32,000 bases of DNA from positions 390,001 through 422,000 of the forward strand of contig CP064995.1 of assembly GCA_016700015.1 (NCBI GenBank), in the 5' to 3' direction. The translations under genes and the position numbers were made by a program. The notes under the pieces are model-generated. The model did not search any database. It was not told the DNA's origin and worked only from the letters and a program-made list of their open reading frames with translations. This stretch comes from Candidatus Saccharimonadota bacterium (GTDB lineage Bacteria; Patescibacteriota; Saccharimonadia; Saccharimonadales; Saccharimonadaceae). Shown in pieces: positions 23,671 through 31,073 of this stretch (position 1 is the first letter of the stretch; each line of letters begins with the position of its first letter).

Positions 23671-25119
23671 TTAGTCAGTGTACTCTAAGCTGATCGGCGT
23701 ACGAATGTTCTTTGCCAAATCGCCAATCGGAATAGGATAGTCACCCAAAAACGGCGAAAGATTGAATGCTTCAGCATTTTGGCCTGTCGCTGACACCATA
23801 GTAGACACCGATAAAAACCCAAGGTAGTCAGCGCCAAATGCCAGCCGCATTTGCTCGACAGTCAGATTTGCAGCCATAAGCTCACGCTGGTCAGGCGTAT
23901 CGGTACCATAGAAGTCCGGGTAGCGGATGGGGGGCGAAGCAATAAGAATAGTCACCGAGCGCGCACCGAGTGAGCGGGCCAGCTGGACAAGCCGAGGCAG
24001 CGTGTTGCCGCGCACAATCGAATCATCAACTAGCACAATGTCGCGGCCACTAATACGTTCACCGTTCATCGTGTGTTTGATTTGCAGGCTACTACGACGG
24101 GACTCCTGACTGGGTTGCATAAATGTCCGGCCGACATAGCGATTTTTGATAATCGCCATTTCATGCGTGATGTGTGTTTGTTCAGATAAGCCCTCGGCGG
24201 CAAACACCGACGTATCTGGTACCGGTACGATCAATGGGTGCGATAGTGTACTGAGATGATCCCCGTGAAGTGTTGCCAGCTGGTGACCGAAACGTCGACG
24301 AACTTCGCTGACGCGCTCACCAAGCATCACGCTATCCGGCCGGGCAAAATATACCAGTTCGAACATATCAAAATGCGGTGTTGGTTCGCGAAGTTGCGCC
24401 GAGAAGATAATCAAGCCATTGCGCGCAACCACTAGTTCGCCCGGCTGCACAGAGCGCAGGTGTTCGGCGCCAATCGTATCGAGTGCACAGGTTTCACTTG
24501 CCGCCACAACACCGCCGTCAAAGGTACCAAGCTCGAGCGGGCGCACGCCGTGTGCATCACGAAACGTGTACATCATGTCATCGTGAATACCGGTACAAGC
24601 ATACGCACCATCGACATGACTAATGATATCCCGCACCGACTCCTCAATATTACCACCACTATCGGCGATACCAAGAAACGTCGCCTTGCCGAGTTTACCC
24701 GAGTCGTTATATTGGTTTACCCTATATCCACGCCTACGTAACATATCGTCGAGGTATGACGTGTCTGGTAGGTTACCGTTATGCGACTGAGCATCGCCGG
24801 TGTCGGAGTTGACAATGGGTGAGGGATGATCGTTCTTGTCGCCATTTGTCGAATAGCGATTATGGCCAGTTGCGACTGAACCCGTGAGCCCCAGCAGGTC
24901 GTCTTTTCGAAACACATCACGTACCATACCGAGCCGTCGTACCGCGTGCACACCACCCGTGCTGGCATTGGTTGCGATACCCGATGCCTCTACCCCACGA
25001 TGCTGCAAAGCAAACAATGCCTGATAGGCAATTTTTGCAGCCTCGTCGCCGTAGTTAGCGACAGAGACGCCGACTACAGCGCATCTTTCCCGTAGCCTAT
25101 CGTGACTGATGTGAGACAT
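23671..25119 (-). CDS. purF: Amidophosphoribosyltransferase
   Basis: 482 aa. Ntn-type CAVVGV after a 12-residue leader, LQHRGVEASGIA, GHNRYSTNG, PRT motif IVLVDDSIVRGNT. Confidence 0.9.
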   Translation of the reverse strand: MSHISHDRLRERCAVVGVSVANYGDEAAKIAYQALFALQHRGVEASGIATNASTGGVHAVRRLGMVRDVFRKDDLLGLTGSVATGHNRYSTNGDKNDHPSPIVNSDTGDAQSHNGNLPDTSYLDDMLRRRGYRVNQYNDSGKLGKATFLGIADSGGNIEESVRDIISHVDGAYACTGIHDDMMYTFRDAHGVRPLELGTFDGGVVAASETCALDTIGAEHLRSVQPGELVVARNGLIIFSAQLREPTPHFDMFELVYFARPDSVMLGERVSEVRRRFGHQLATLHGDHLSTLSHPLIVPVPDTSVFAAEGLSEQTHITHEMAIIKNRYVGRTFMQPSQESRRSSLQIKHTMNGERISGRDIVLVDDSIVRGNTLPRLVQLARSLGARSVTILIASPPIRYPDFYGTDTPDQRELMAANLTVEQMRLAFGADYLGFLSVSTMVSATGQNAEAFNLSPFLGDYPIPIGDLAKNIRTPISLEYTD

Positions 25120-25126
25120 AGCTAAT

Positions 25127-25155
25127 TGTTATAATACCAGTTCAATTGCTACAAT
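25127..25155 (+). promoter_or_regulatory. Two extended -10 boxes in the 43-bp divergent spacer: TGtTATAAT (25127-25135) and TGcTACAAT (25147-25155)
   Basis: The second box ends 8 nt before ATG 25163, which predicts a leaderless mRNA. The first shares the 13-mer TGTTATAATACCA with 8569-8581. Confidence 0.4.
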
Positions 25156-25162
25156 AGTAGCC

Positions 25163-25702
25163 ATGAGAAACCCAGCATCTGAGCATCTCCCCGATGCCAT
25201 ACGCGAGGAACTACTGCAATCCGGAATAGTTTCAGGAGATTTTATACTCGCGTCAGGAATACGCGCAGCAAAGAAATTTGATTTCGATCTAATTCCAACG
25301 AACAGTGACCTATTTGAAATTGTAGTATCTGGCCTCGCACGATGCATCCGCAATCAATTTAGCAGCTTTGATGCAATAGTAACCATTGCAAATGGCGCGA
25401 CAAGACTTGGAGACCCAATTGCTCACCAACTTAACGTGAGCCATACCCCGACCACCTATCATGTTGATGAGCTGGGCCAAAAACAGTTTGTCGTCCCTCA
25501 GCTAAGCACAGAGCGTCACTGTATCATTGTTGACGATGTATTCACGAAGGGCACAAACGCTACCAAAGTAGCCAGTCGACTTGCTGCTCGTGGCTGTGCT
25601 ATTGGCGGCGTGGGTGTCATACTTGATCGCTCAAATGTTGCATCGCCAGCGATATGTCATGACTCGCCTGTAGTGAGCCTCATCAAGCAACAGCTATTAT
25701 AA
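25163..25702 (+). CDS. Type I phosphoribosyltransferase, orotate-PRT-like
   Basis: 179 aa. GDFILASG....KFDFD and PRPP loop CIIVDDVFTKGTNA, then GVGVILDR, as in PyrE-type enzymes. Confidence 0.7.
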   Translation: MRNPASEHLPDAIREELLQSGIVSGDFILASGIRAAKKFDFDLIPTNSDLFEIVVSGLARCIRNQFSSFDAIVTIANGATRLGDPIAHQLNVSHTPTTYHVDELGQKQFVVPQLSTERHCIIVDDVFTKGTNATKVASRLAARGCAIGGVGVILDRSNVASPAICHDSPVVSLIKQQLL

Positions 25703-25778
25703 GTAAACCGTTGCCCAGGCCTACCCAAGTTCTACTACAACCACAGAATTAACCAATAAGTACTATTTGAAATAAAAA

Positions 25779-25854
25779 TGGAGCCACGACTGGGATTTGA
25801 ACCCAGGACCCCGTCCTTACCATGGACGTGCTCTACCAACTGAGCTATCGCGGC
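25779..25854 (-). tRNA. tRNA-Thr (anticodon GGU), CCA encoded
   Basis: The reverse complement folds as GCCGCGA-TA-GCTC-AGTTGGTA-GAGC-A-CGTCC-ATGGTAA-GGACG-GGGTC-CTGGG-TTCAAAT-CCCAG-TCGTGGC-T-CCA. Confidence 0.92.
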
Positions 25855-25882
25855 GTATGATAAATTGTAAGGCTTGCTTGCA

Positions 25883-25903
25883 GATAGTCAGTTGGTAGAG
25901 CGC
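25883..25903 (+). repeat. Inverted partial copy of the tRNA-Thr(GGU) 5' half (D-arm region)
   Basis: GATAGTCAGTTGGTAGAGCGC versus the tRNA sense GATAGCTCAGTTGGTAGAGCAC (1 deletion, 1 substitution). No complete cloverleaf can be folded. Confidence 0.55.
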
Positions 25904-25940
25904 TGCATAAGTATATCTACTCGACAGTCGTCTCGGACAG

Positions 25941-25958
25941 CAACTAAGCTATCGCGGC
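25941..25958 (-). repeat. Direct partial copy of the tRNA-Thr(GGU) 5' end (acceptor + D arm)
   Basis: CAACTAAGCTATCGCGGC versus CAACTGAGCTATCGCGGC at 25837-25854 (17/18 identical), offset 104 bp. Confidence 0.6.
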
Positions 25959-25993
25959 ATAACCCTTAGAAGTATAGCAAACTGTCGCAATAT

Positions 25994-26031
25994 ATTAAAG
26001 TGCGGCCGTATTCCGTCAGGAATGACCGCAC
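25994..26031 (-). terminator. Putative terminator of the 65-aa gene
   Basis: GTGCGG...CCGCAC outer stem with an inner ATTCC-GTCA-GGAAT hairpin. On the - strand it is followed by TTTAATATATT. Confidence 0.45.
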
Positions 26032-26042
26032 ACCGACAAGGC

Positions 26043-26240
26043 CTAGTGATCAGTGAATACACGACCGACCCAGTAGTTAGCAACTCGGCGAGAGTTGTCA
26101 ATTTCGTCGACGACTCGTCGTCGCAAATCACCATCCGGCACAATCCACATAGCCGTTTCCTCGGCAAGGATAGCGAAAGTGGTGATCACGCCACTTAGCA
26201 CCCGGTATGGGCGCGTATCCCGTACCTGTACTTCTGTCAT
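26043..26240 (-). CDS. Hypothetical 65-aa protein
   Basis: AAGGGAG RBS 7 nt before the ATG and a downstream hairpin. No family recognised. Confidence 0.5.
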   Translation of the reverse strand: MTEVQVRDTRPYRVLSGVITTFAILAEETAMWIVPDGDLRRRVVDEIDNSRRVANYWVGRVFTDH

Positions 26241-26327
26241 GGCCTGCTCCCTTCGAGTAGAGTAGATTATACCACATGAAGTTTAGCAATACAGCCCACG
26301 TATACACTGCCGACTGGTCACCTCGTG

Positions 26328-26333
26328 TATACT
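26328..26333 (+). promoter_or_regulatory. -10 box TATACT, 8 nt before the yajQ ATG (possible leaderless start)
   Basis: No SD before ATG 26341. The box lies in the right arm of the inverted repeat GTATACAC ... GTGTATAC. Confidence 0.3.
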
Positions 26334-26340
26334 GTAGTGT

Positions 26341-26835
26341 ATGGCAACATTTAGTTTTGATATAGAAAGCACGTACGATAAGGCTGAGATGAATAACGTC
26401 GAGCAGTTAGTGACGAAAGAAATTGCTAACCGCTATGATTTCAAGGGGACACCCGCCGCGATCGAATGGCTAGCAGATAAAAAGGGCTTTAAGGTCATAG
26501 GCAGTAACGAGTGGCAACTCGAAGCTGTCATTGATATGATAGGCAAGCAGCTTGCCAAGCGTGGCATGACTAGTAAAGTGCTTGATGTCAGCGGCAAAGT
26601 TACCGAAGCAAACTTGCGCGCCTGGAAAGATGTACCGTTTCGCGACGGACTGAGCCAAGACTATGCCAAAAAAATCACAAAATTACTCAAAGAATCTCAT
26701 CCAAAAGTAAAAACGCAAATCCAGGGCGACACCCTACGCTGCACCTGTAGTAGCAAAGACGAGCTACAGCTAGTTATGCAAACATTACGGTCGAAAGATT
26801 TCGACTTTCCTCTTGTTTTTACAAATTATCGATAA
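26341..26835 (+). CDS. yajQ: YajQ-family (UPF0234) nucleotide-binding protein
   Basis: 164 aa. FSFDIES..D..E..N...Q...EI..RYDFKG......W pattern and length typical of YajQ. Confidence 0.85.
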   Translation: MATFSFDIESTYDKAEMNNVEQLVTKEIANRYDFKGTPAAIEWLADKKGFKVIGSNEWQLEAVIDMIGKQLAKRGMTSKVLDVSGKVTEANLRAWKDVPFRDGLSQDYAKKITKLLKESHPKVKTQIQGDTLRCTCSSKDELQLVMQTLRSKDFDFPLVFTNYR

Positions 26836-26887
26836 CATGATATTATAGGGCAACTAGCCAATACCCTGCCCACAACCCCCTACTAGC

Positions 26888-26917
26888 GGCGCTCCAGTAC
26901 ATGGATGGAGCGCCTTT
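26888..26917 (+). terminator. Rho-independent terminator after yajQ
   Basis: Perfect 9-bp stem GGCGCTCCA / TGGAGCGCC with a 9-nt loop, then TTTC. Confidence 0.6.
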
Positions 26918-26928
26918 CAACTTCTCGC

Positions 26929-26957
26929 TTGAAAATTATGCGACAATCTGCTAAAAT
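26929..26957 (+). promoter_or_regulatory. Promoter TTGAAA-17 nt-TAAAAT with TGc extension, upstream of rpmG
   Basis: -35 at 26929-26934 and TGcTAAAAT at 26949-26957. The GAGGAA RBS and ATG 26998 lie downstream. Confidence 0.5.
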
Positions 26958-26997
26958 TGACTATTGAATTATATTATCAACTCTTCAGAGGAACAGT

Positions 26998-27207
26998 ATG
27001 GCAAAGAAAACGAATACTAAGCGTAAGATTATTGCACTCGTCAGCGAGCTCACCGGTCATCGCACCTATGTGACCCGCAAGAACACGCAGAATACTCCGG
27101 ACAAACTGGAGCTGAATAAGTACGATCCAAAAGCTCGCAAACACGCCAAGTACGTCGAAACCAAAAAGTCACTTGGCCGCAACGAAGTCAAGCCACGCAA
27201 GGGCTAA
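26998..27207 (+). CDS. rpmG: 50S ribosomal protein bL33 (Cys-less form, C-terminal extension)
   Basis: MAKK...[36 protein letters not shown] matches bL33, with about 15 extra C-terminal residues. Confidence 0.9.
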   Translation: MAKKTNTKRKIIALVSELTGHRTYVTRKNTQNTPDKLELNKYDPKARKHAKYVETKKSLGRNEVKPRKG

Positions 27208-27209
27208 TA

Positions 27210-27899
27210 CTACTCGTCAGACGAGTCAATACTCTCTGCGAGCCAAATTGCATTGGATACTATGCGCTCAAGTAGCGGTGCGCGAGGATGTTCGTTCTCT
27301 ATGTAGCCATAAAGTGTATTGTTTTCGATCTCAACACTCATACCACCAAAGTGCACCGCAATCACCTCTGCGATTTGCGGCGTAATGATACTCTCTACGT
27401 CTACAAGACTACCCGGCATGCAATACACATTGTAGTTACTAATAAACTGATGCGGGTAAGAGGCCGTGGCACCTACCTCAACATGTCGTAACTGCTCGTA
27501 AGAAGCAGCGAAAGCATCCTCGCGCGATAGGTGACCGATATATAGGTGTGGAACATCTTTTTTACTATGAAGATCAACCGCACAGATGAGCCAATGACAG
27601 CGCTGTTGGTGGTGCGACTTAGTAGTTATCACATCATTACGTGAAACGAGGACGACATCATAGCCGTGAACACTACCTACGCAGTAGTTATCGTCGCGGT
27701 GAGTAGCCGATACGGTATGACCACGCACAAGGCGATGCTCGTCATCGCGCTGATCAACAGAACCGAAATAGACAAGGCCAAGTGTGTCAGCAAATCGCCG
27801 GACAGCGCGGGACGTTATTTGGGATCGAACAATATGACGCGGTGTCATGTGCCTGAAAGCACGTTTTATTCTTAGGATACGACGATTGCGGACGGTCAC
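27210..27899 (-). CDS. Hypothetical 229-aa protein, last gene of the alpha-glucan operon
   Basis: Starts 2 nt after the GH15 stop. Its stop lies 2 nt from the convergent rpmG stop. No family recognised. Confidence 0.6.
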   Translation of the reverse strand: MTVRNRRILRIKRAFRHMTPRHIVRSQITSRAVRRFADTLGLVYFGSVDQRDDEHRLVRGHTVSATHRDDNYCVGSVHGYDVVLVSRNDVITTKSHHQQRCHWLICAVDLHSKKDVPHLYIGHLSREDAFAASYEQLRHVEVGATASYPHQFISNYNVYCMPGSLVDVESIITPQIAEVIAVHFGGMSVEIENNTLYGYIENEHPRAPLLERIVSNAIWLAESIDSSDE

Positions 27900-27901
27900 G
27901 G

Positions 27902-29851
27902 TTATTTCTCCGTGACCGTATCGAGCAAGGTCGACACATACTCTGCCTGACTCCAGTTGAGCGGTGCAACTGAAAGTTCATCGCGAGTGATAGGATCGAT
28001 TTGCTCAGATAAGACACCGGTTGCCCACATATGATCGCGTACCCATTTTACTATGTTCTCCAGACGATCGAGATGCCCAACCTCAAGGTAATACTGCGCT
28101 AGCCAAAGCGTCGTTACGAACCACCAGTTACCAAGCGAGCTGTCATTGCTCCGCCGATAACTATCGTGTTCATAGCGCGGAATCCCAGGGTTGCTTTCGC
28201 TCACCGAAAACCACTGTTCTGCTGTCGCGATAGATGCCATCACCTCGTCGCTATCGACGGCAAAGAGACCAAACATAAACGCACCAAATATACTTGACAT
28301 ATCGATCGTTTCGTCGACGGTCACTTCACCATCTGCTGTGACAGTTAGGCCTTTGTAGAAGCATTTTTTGTCATTGTTGTACAGAAGCCGGTGCGCAGCC
28401 TGACGAATATCGTCAGCTGCCGCCCGCCACTTTACAGCATTGTCGCTGTCGTGACGAATTTCCGCGAGATCGGCAGCCGCCAGCAAAGCAGCATACGTGA
28501 CCGCGGTGGTATAGGTACTTGTTATATACATTTCTTCCCATAAGTCATACGTCGGCTTCGGTAAGCCCGTGCGATGATCTGTATAGCTTGCCAAAAAATT
28601 GGCCATTGGTACGACCATAGGCTCATAAAACTCTTTTAGTGTTACTTCGTCATTTTGCGTATGGTAAAACTGGCTAAACACAAACAAAACCAGTGCTGTT
28701 TCGTCTTGCTGGATTGGTGGTGACACTTCACCGTGATCGTGAAGATAGGGGTGCCAACTACTGCCGAGTGCCCCGTCGGCACGGTATTTATGCATCAGAT
28801 ACCCGCCAGCTGTCAGCGCACGCCGACAAAACTCGAAGAATCGATACGGCTCGTCTTTGTAGCCCATGCGGATGAGCGGCCAGAGTACGAACGCACCATC
28901 GCGTGGCCAGCAGTACGCATAAGCGTCGCGCCAATAATTTAGCATCGACGTGTCAGTGCTCGCGATGACCGCACCGCGTTTGTCGATGTGCGATTTCATG
29001 ATCATCACGCTTTTAATAAACGTATCGCGATGAGCGGAATCTATTTTATCTGCAATGATTTTTGCTGGTTTGAGCCAATCATGCCACCACTTCACAGTCA
29101 CGTCGAGCCGTTTGTGAATACCCTGGCTAGTAAGCTGCTTATGAATATAAAGTGCCTCACGAGTAGAGGTGCCGCAGGCAATCCAGTAGTGTAACCTTGT
29201 CGAGCTATGAGGATTGAGCTGAAATTTAAAACGCAGGGTCGAGTCAACTCGTCCATGCTCGACCGCAGACATGCTTAGTTCGCCATCCTCGGCATCTTTA
29301 TAAGTGCCCTCACGCCCCTCAATGTCGAACAAACCGATAGAATACTGATCAAACGCCCTACCGTTATCGTCTTGACCGGCAATAATAAAAGCTCGTCTGC
29401 CCCTGTAGTGTAAGATAGCATTTGCGTCAGGCAGATACTGGGCAGAATCGGTATTGCTGCGACCGTCACCAATCACAAATGCCTGGTGCATAAAGAGCCG
29501 GACATCTCGCGCAGCGGGAGAAAGATTAATCACATGAACATTGCGCATAAACGCGCTAAACTCAGCATCAACCGTGTCATCAAATTCAAGCATGATGCCA
29601 AAATCACGGTTTTTGGCAATAATGTGACCAACTAATGCTTCGTGCGGATAACTAAAATCGAATTCCCAGCGCGTGTCATCATCGAGCCACGAAACCGCTC
29701 CATCAACCCAGACACCTATGTGGTGTCGGAGCGACTGGCCAGCAGCATGATTTTCGAGTCCAACATAGGGATAGTAAAAATCATGAACGAGACCGTACTT
29801 ATTGATACCAACATGAAGCTCACCGTTGCTGAGTACTATCGGCCTAGCCAC
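27902..29851 (-). CDS. Glycoside hydrolase family 15 (glucoamylase/glucodextranase-like)
   Basis: About 650 aa. YAYCWPRDGAFV motif and (alpha/alpha)6-type C-terminal region. GTG 29851 lies 5 nt after GGGAGG; TTG 29854 (track) is the alternative. Confidence 0.85.
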   Translation of the reverse strand: MARPIVLSNGELHVGINKYGLVHDFYYPYVGLENHAAGQSLRHHIGVWVDGAVSWLDDDTRWEFDFSYPHEALVGHIIAKNRDFGIMLEFDDTVDAEFSAFMRNVHVINLSPAARDVRLFMHQAFVIGDGRSNTDSAQYLPDANAILHYRGRRAFIIAGQDDNGRAFDQYSIGLFDIEGREGTYKDAEDGELSMSAVEHGRVDSTLRFKFQLNPHSSTRLHYWIACGTSTREALYIHKQLTSQGIHKRLDVTVKWWHDWLKPAKIIADKIDSAHRDTFIKSVMIMKSHIDKRGAVIASTDTSMLNYWRDAYAYCWPRDGAFVLWPLIRMGYKDEPYRFFEFCRRALTAGGYLMHKYRADGALGSSWHPYLHDHGEVSPPIQQDETALVLFVFSQFYHTQNDEVTLKEFYEPMVVPMANFLASYTDHRTGLPKPTYDLWEEMYITSTYTTAVTYAALLAAADLAEIRHDSDNAVKWRAAADDIRQAAHRLLYNNDKKCFYKGLTVTADGEVTVDETIDMSSIFGAFMFGLFAVDSDEVMASIATAEQWFSVSESNPGIPRYEHDSYRRSNDSSLGNWWFVTTLWLAQYYLEVGHLDRLENIVKWVRDHMWATGVLSEQIDPITRDELSVAPLNWSQAEYVSTLLDTVTEK

Positions 29852-31073
29852 CAAAGCCTCCCGGGCGATGGTGCTCCATCACGCGGTAGCGTACATCTCG
29901 AAGCGCATTCATGAAATACAAAAAGGCTTCGTATGGCGAGTCGTAGGGACTAAAGTACGCATGCACGTCACCATCGCTAAACCACTTAGTACACATGTAG
30001 TAAGCGTGGTCGCTCGTCGTCAGTCGTCGCCAATCCGCGATGAGATCAGTATCATTACTACGAAGAATATCACCCTCGAGCGCGTAGAGGTGGTGCATGG
30101 CTTCATGCTGCATACTATTGCCAAGCCAGGCAGTTAAATCACGCTCGGTATCGGCCCAAGTCACCGTATTCGGCACACTGACATCATCTGCAGGCTCAAA
30201 GACATCACACGCTTCGCTCACTGTGTAAAAAGTATTAGCATCGTTGGCTAGCCATTGACGTACGAACTCTTTAAAGAAGTCAAATATACCGGTATCGGCC
30301 CACTGGTGCTCGCCAAATGTCTCATAGTCCATAAAGAGATTAATAATTTCACCCTCATCACCAAGTGCACTATTCGTCCACTCGTTAAACGTATCGGCTT
30401 TAAGCGGAAATTGCTCCCAGTCTTGATTACTAAAGCGAAAGGCTAGGTCATCGCTCAGACGATAGTTCTTCATAAGTAACCGGATGTTTTTTGTGCCGGC
30501 TGGTCGATACACATAGTTTGGGCTACGCCAACCGAGTACCGGATCCCAACCCTCTGCCAAGATACCTTTGTAGCCATAGTTGTCGGCCCACTTAGCTAAT
30601 TCATCGTTATATGCTAGCTCGGTGTTACGGAACACACCGGTCTCGACACCAAAGAGTTCGCGAACTTTCTGGCGATGTATGTCAACCTGACGCTCAAATT
30701 CGCTATGGGTATAGAAAAAGGCGAGTGAGTGATAGTAGGTTTCCGAAACAATTTCGACGCGTCCACTTGCTACTAGCCCCTTAAAGCTTTCAAGTACGTC
30801 AGGTGCCCATTGTTCAGCTTGCTCGATAAACGTACCTGTGATGCTAAGTGAGACCTTAAACTGTGGGTGCGTATCGAGCAGCTCTTTGAGTAGCTTATTC
30901 ATCGGTCGATACGATTTTTCGGCTACCTTTTCAAAAATAACTTTGTTGTCTCGGTGCGTCTCGCTAGTACCCATGAAATACTCATGGTTTACAGCCGTGT
31001 CAAACACAGTATAGTCACGCACGCGCCAGGGCTGATGTACGTGCAGATAGAGGACAACGCCACGACCTATCAT
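29844..31073 (-). CDS. Glycoside hydrolase family 57 protein (alpha-amylase / alpha-glucan-processing)
   Basis: LYLHVHQPWR (GH57 region I H.HQP.R) and the GH57-like WADTGIFDFF..., ...HDHAYYM segments. ATG 31073 forms an ATGA overlap with the upstream stop. The track start 31115 is unlikely. Confidence 0.82.
   Translation of the reverse strand: MIGRGVVLYLHVHQPWRVRDYTVFDTAVNHEYFMGTSETHRDNKVIFEKVAEKSYRPMNKLLKELLDTHPQFKVSLSITGTFIEQAEQWAPDVLESFKGLVASGRVEIVSETYYHSLAFFYTHSEFERQVDIHRQKVRELFGVETGVFRNTELAYNDELAKWADNYGYKGILAEGWDPVLGWRSPNYVYRPAGTKNIRLLMKNYRLSDDLAFRFSNQDWEQFPLKADTFNEWTNSALGDEGEIINLFMDYETFGEHQWADTGIFDFFKEFVRQWLANDANTFYTVSEACDVFEPADDVSVPNTVTWADTERDLTAWLGNSMQHEAMHHLYALEGDILRSNDTDLIADWRRLTTSDHAYYMCTKWFSDGDVHAYFSPYDSPYEAFLYFMNALRDVRYRVMEHHRPGGFGG

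Noticed and set aside
25871-25960. Additional functional tRNA next to tRNA-Thr(GGU)
   Set aside because: Only D-arm and acceptor fragments are present. There is no anticodon or T arm and the acceptor stem cannot pair. I treat these as fragments.
25949-26167. 72-aa - strand ORF overlapping the 65-aa ORF in another frame
   Set aside because: It starts inside the tRNA fragment and has no RBS. The alternative frame (26043-26240) has an AAGGGAG RBS and a downstream hairpin.
26998-27207. Cys-less bL33 as an unusual zinc-independent form
   Set aside because: Cys-less bL33 is the normal form in many bacteria, including E. coli. Only the C-terminal extension is mildly unusual.
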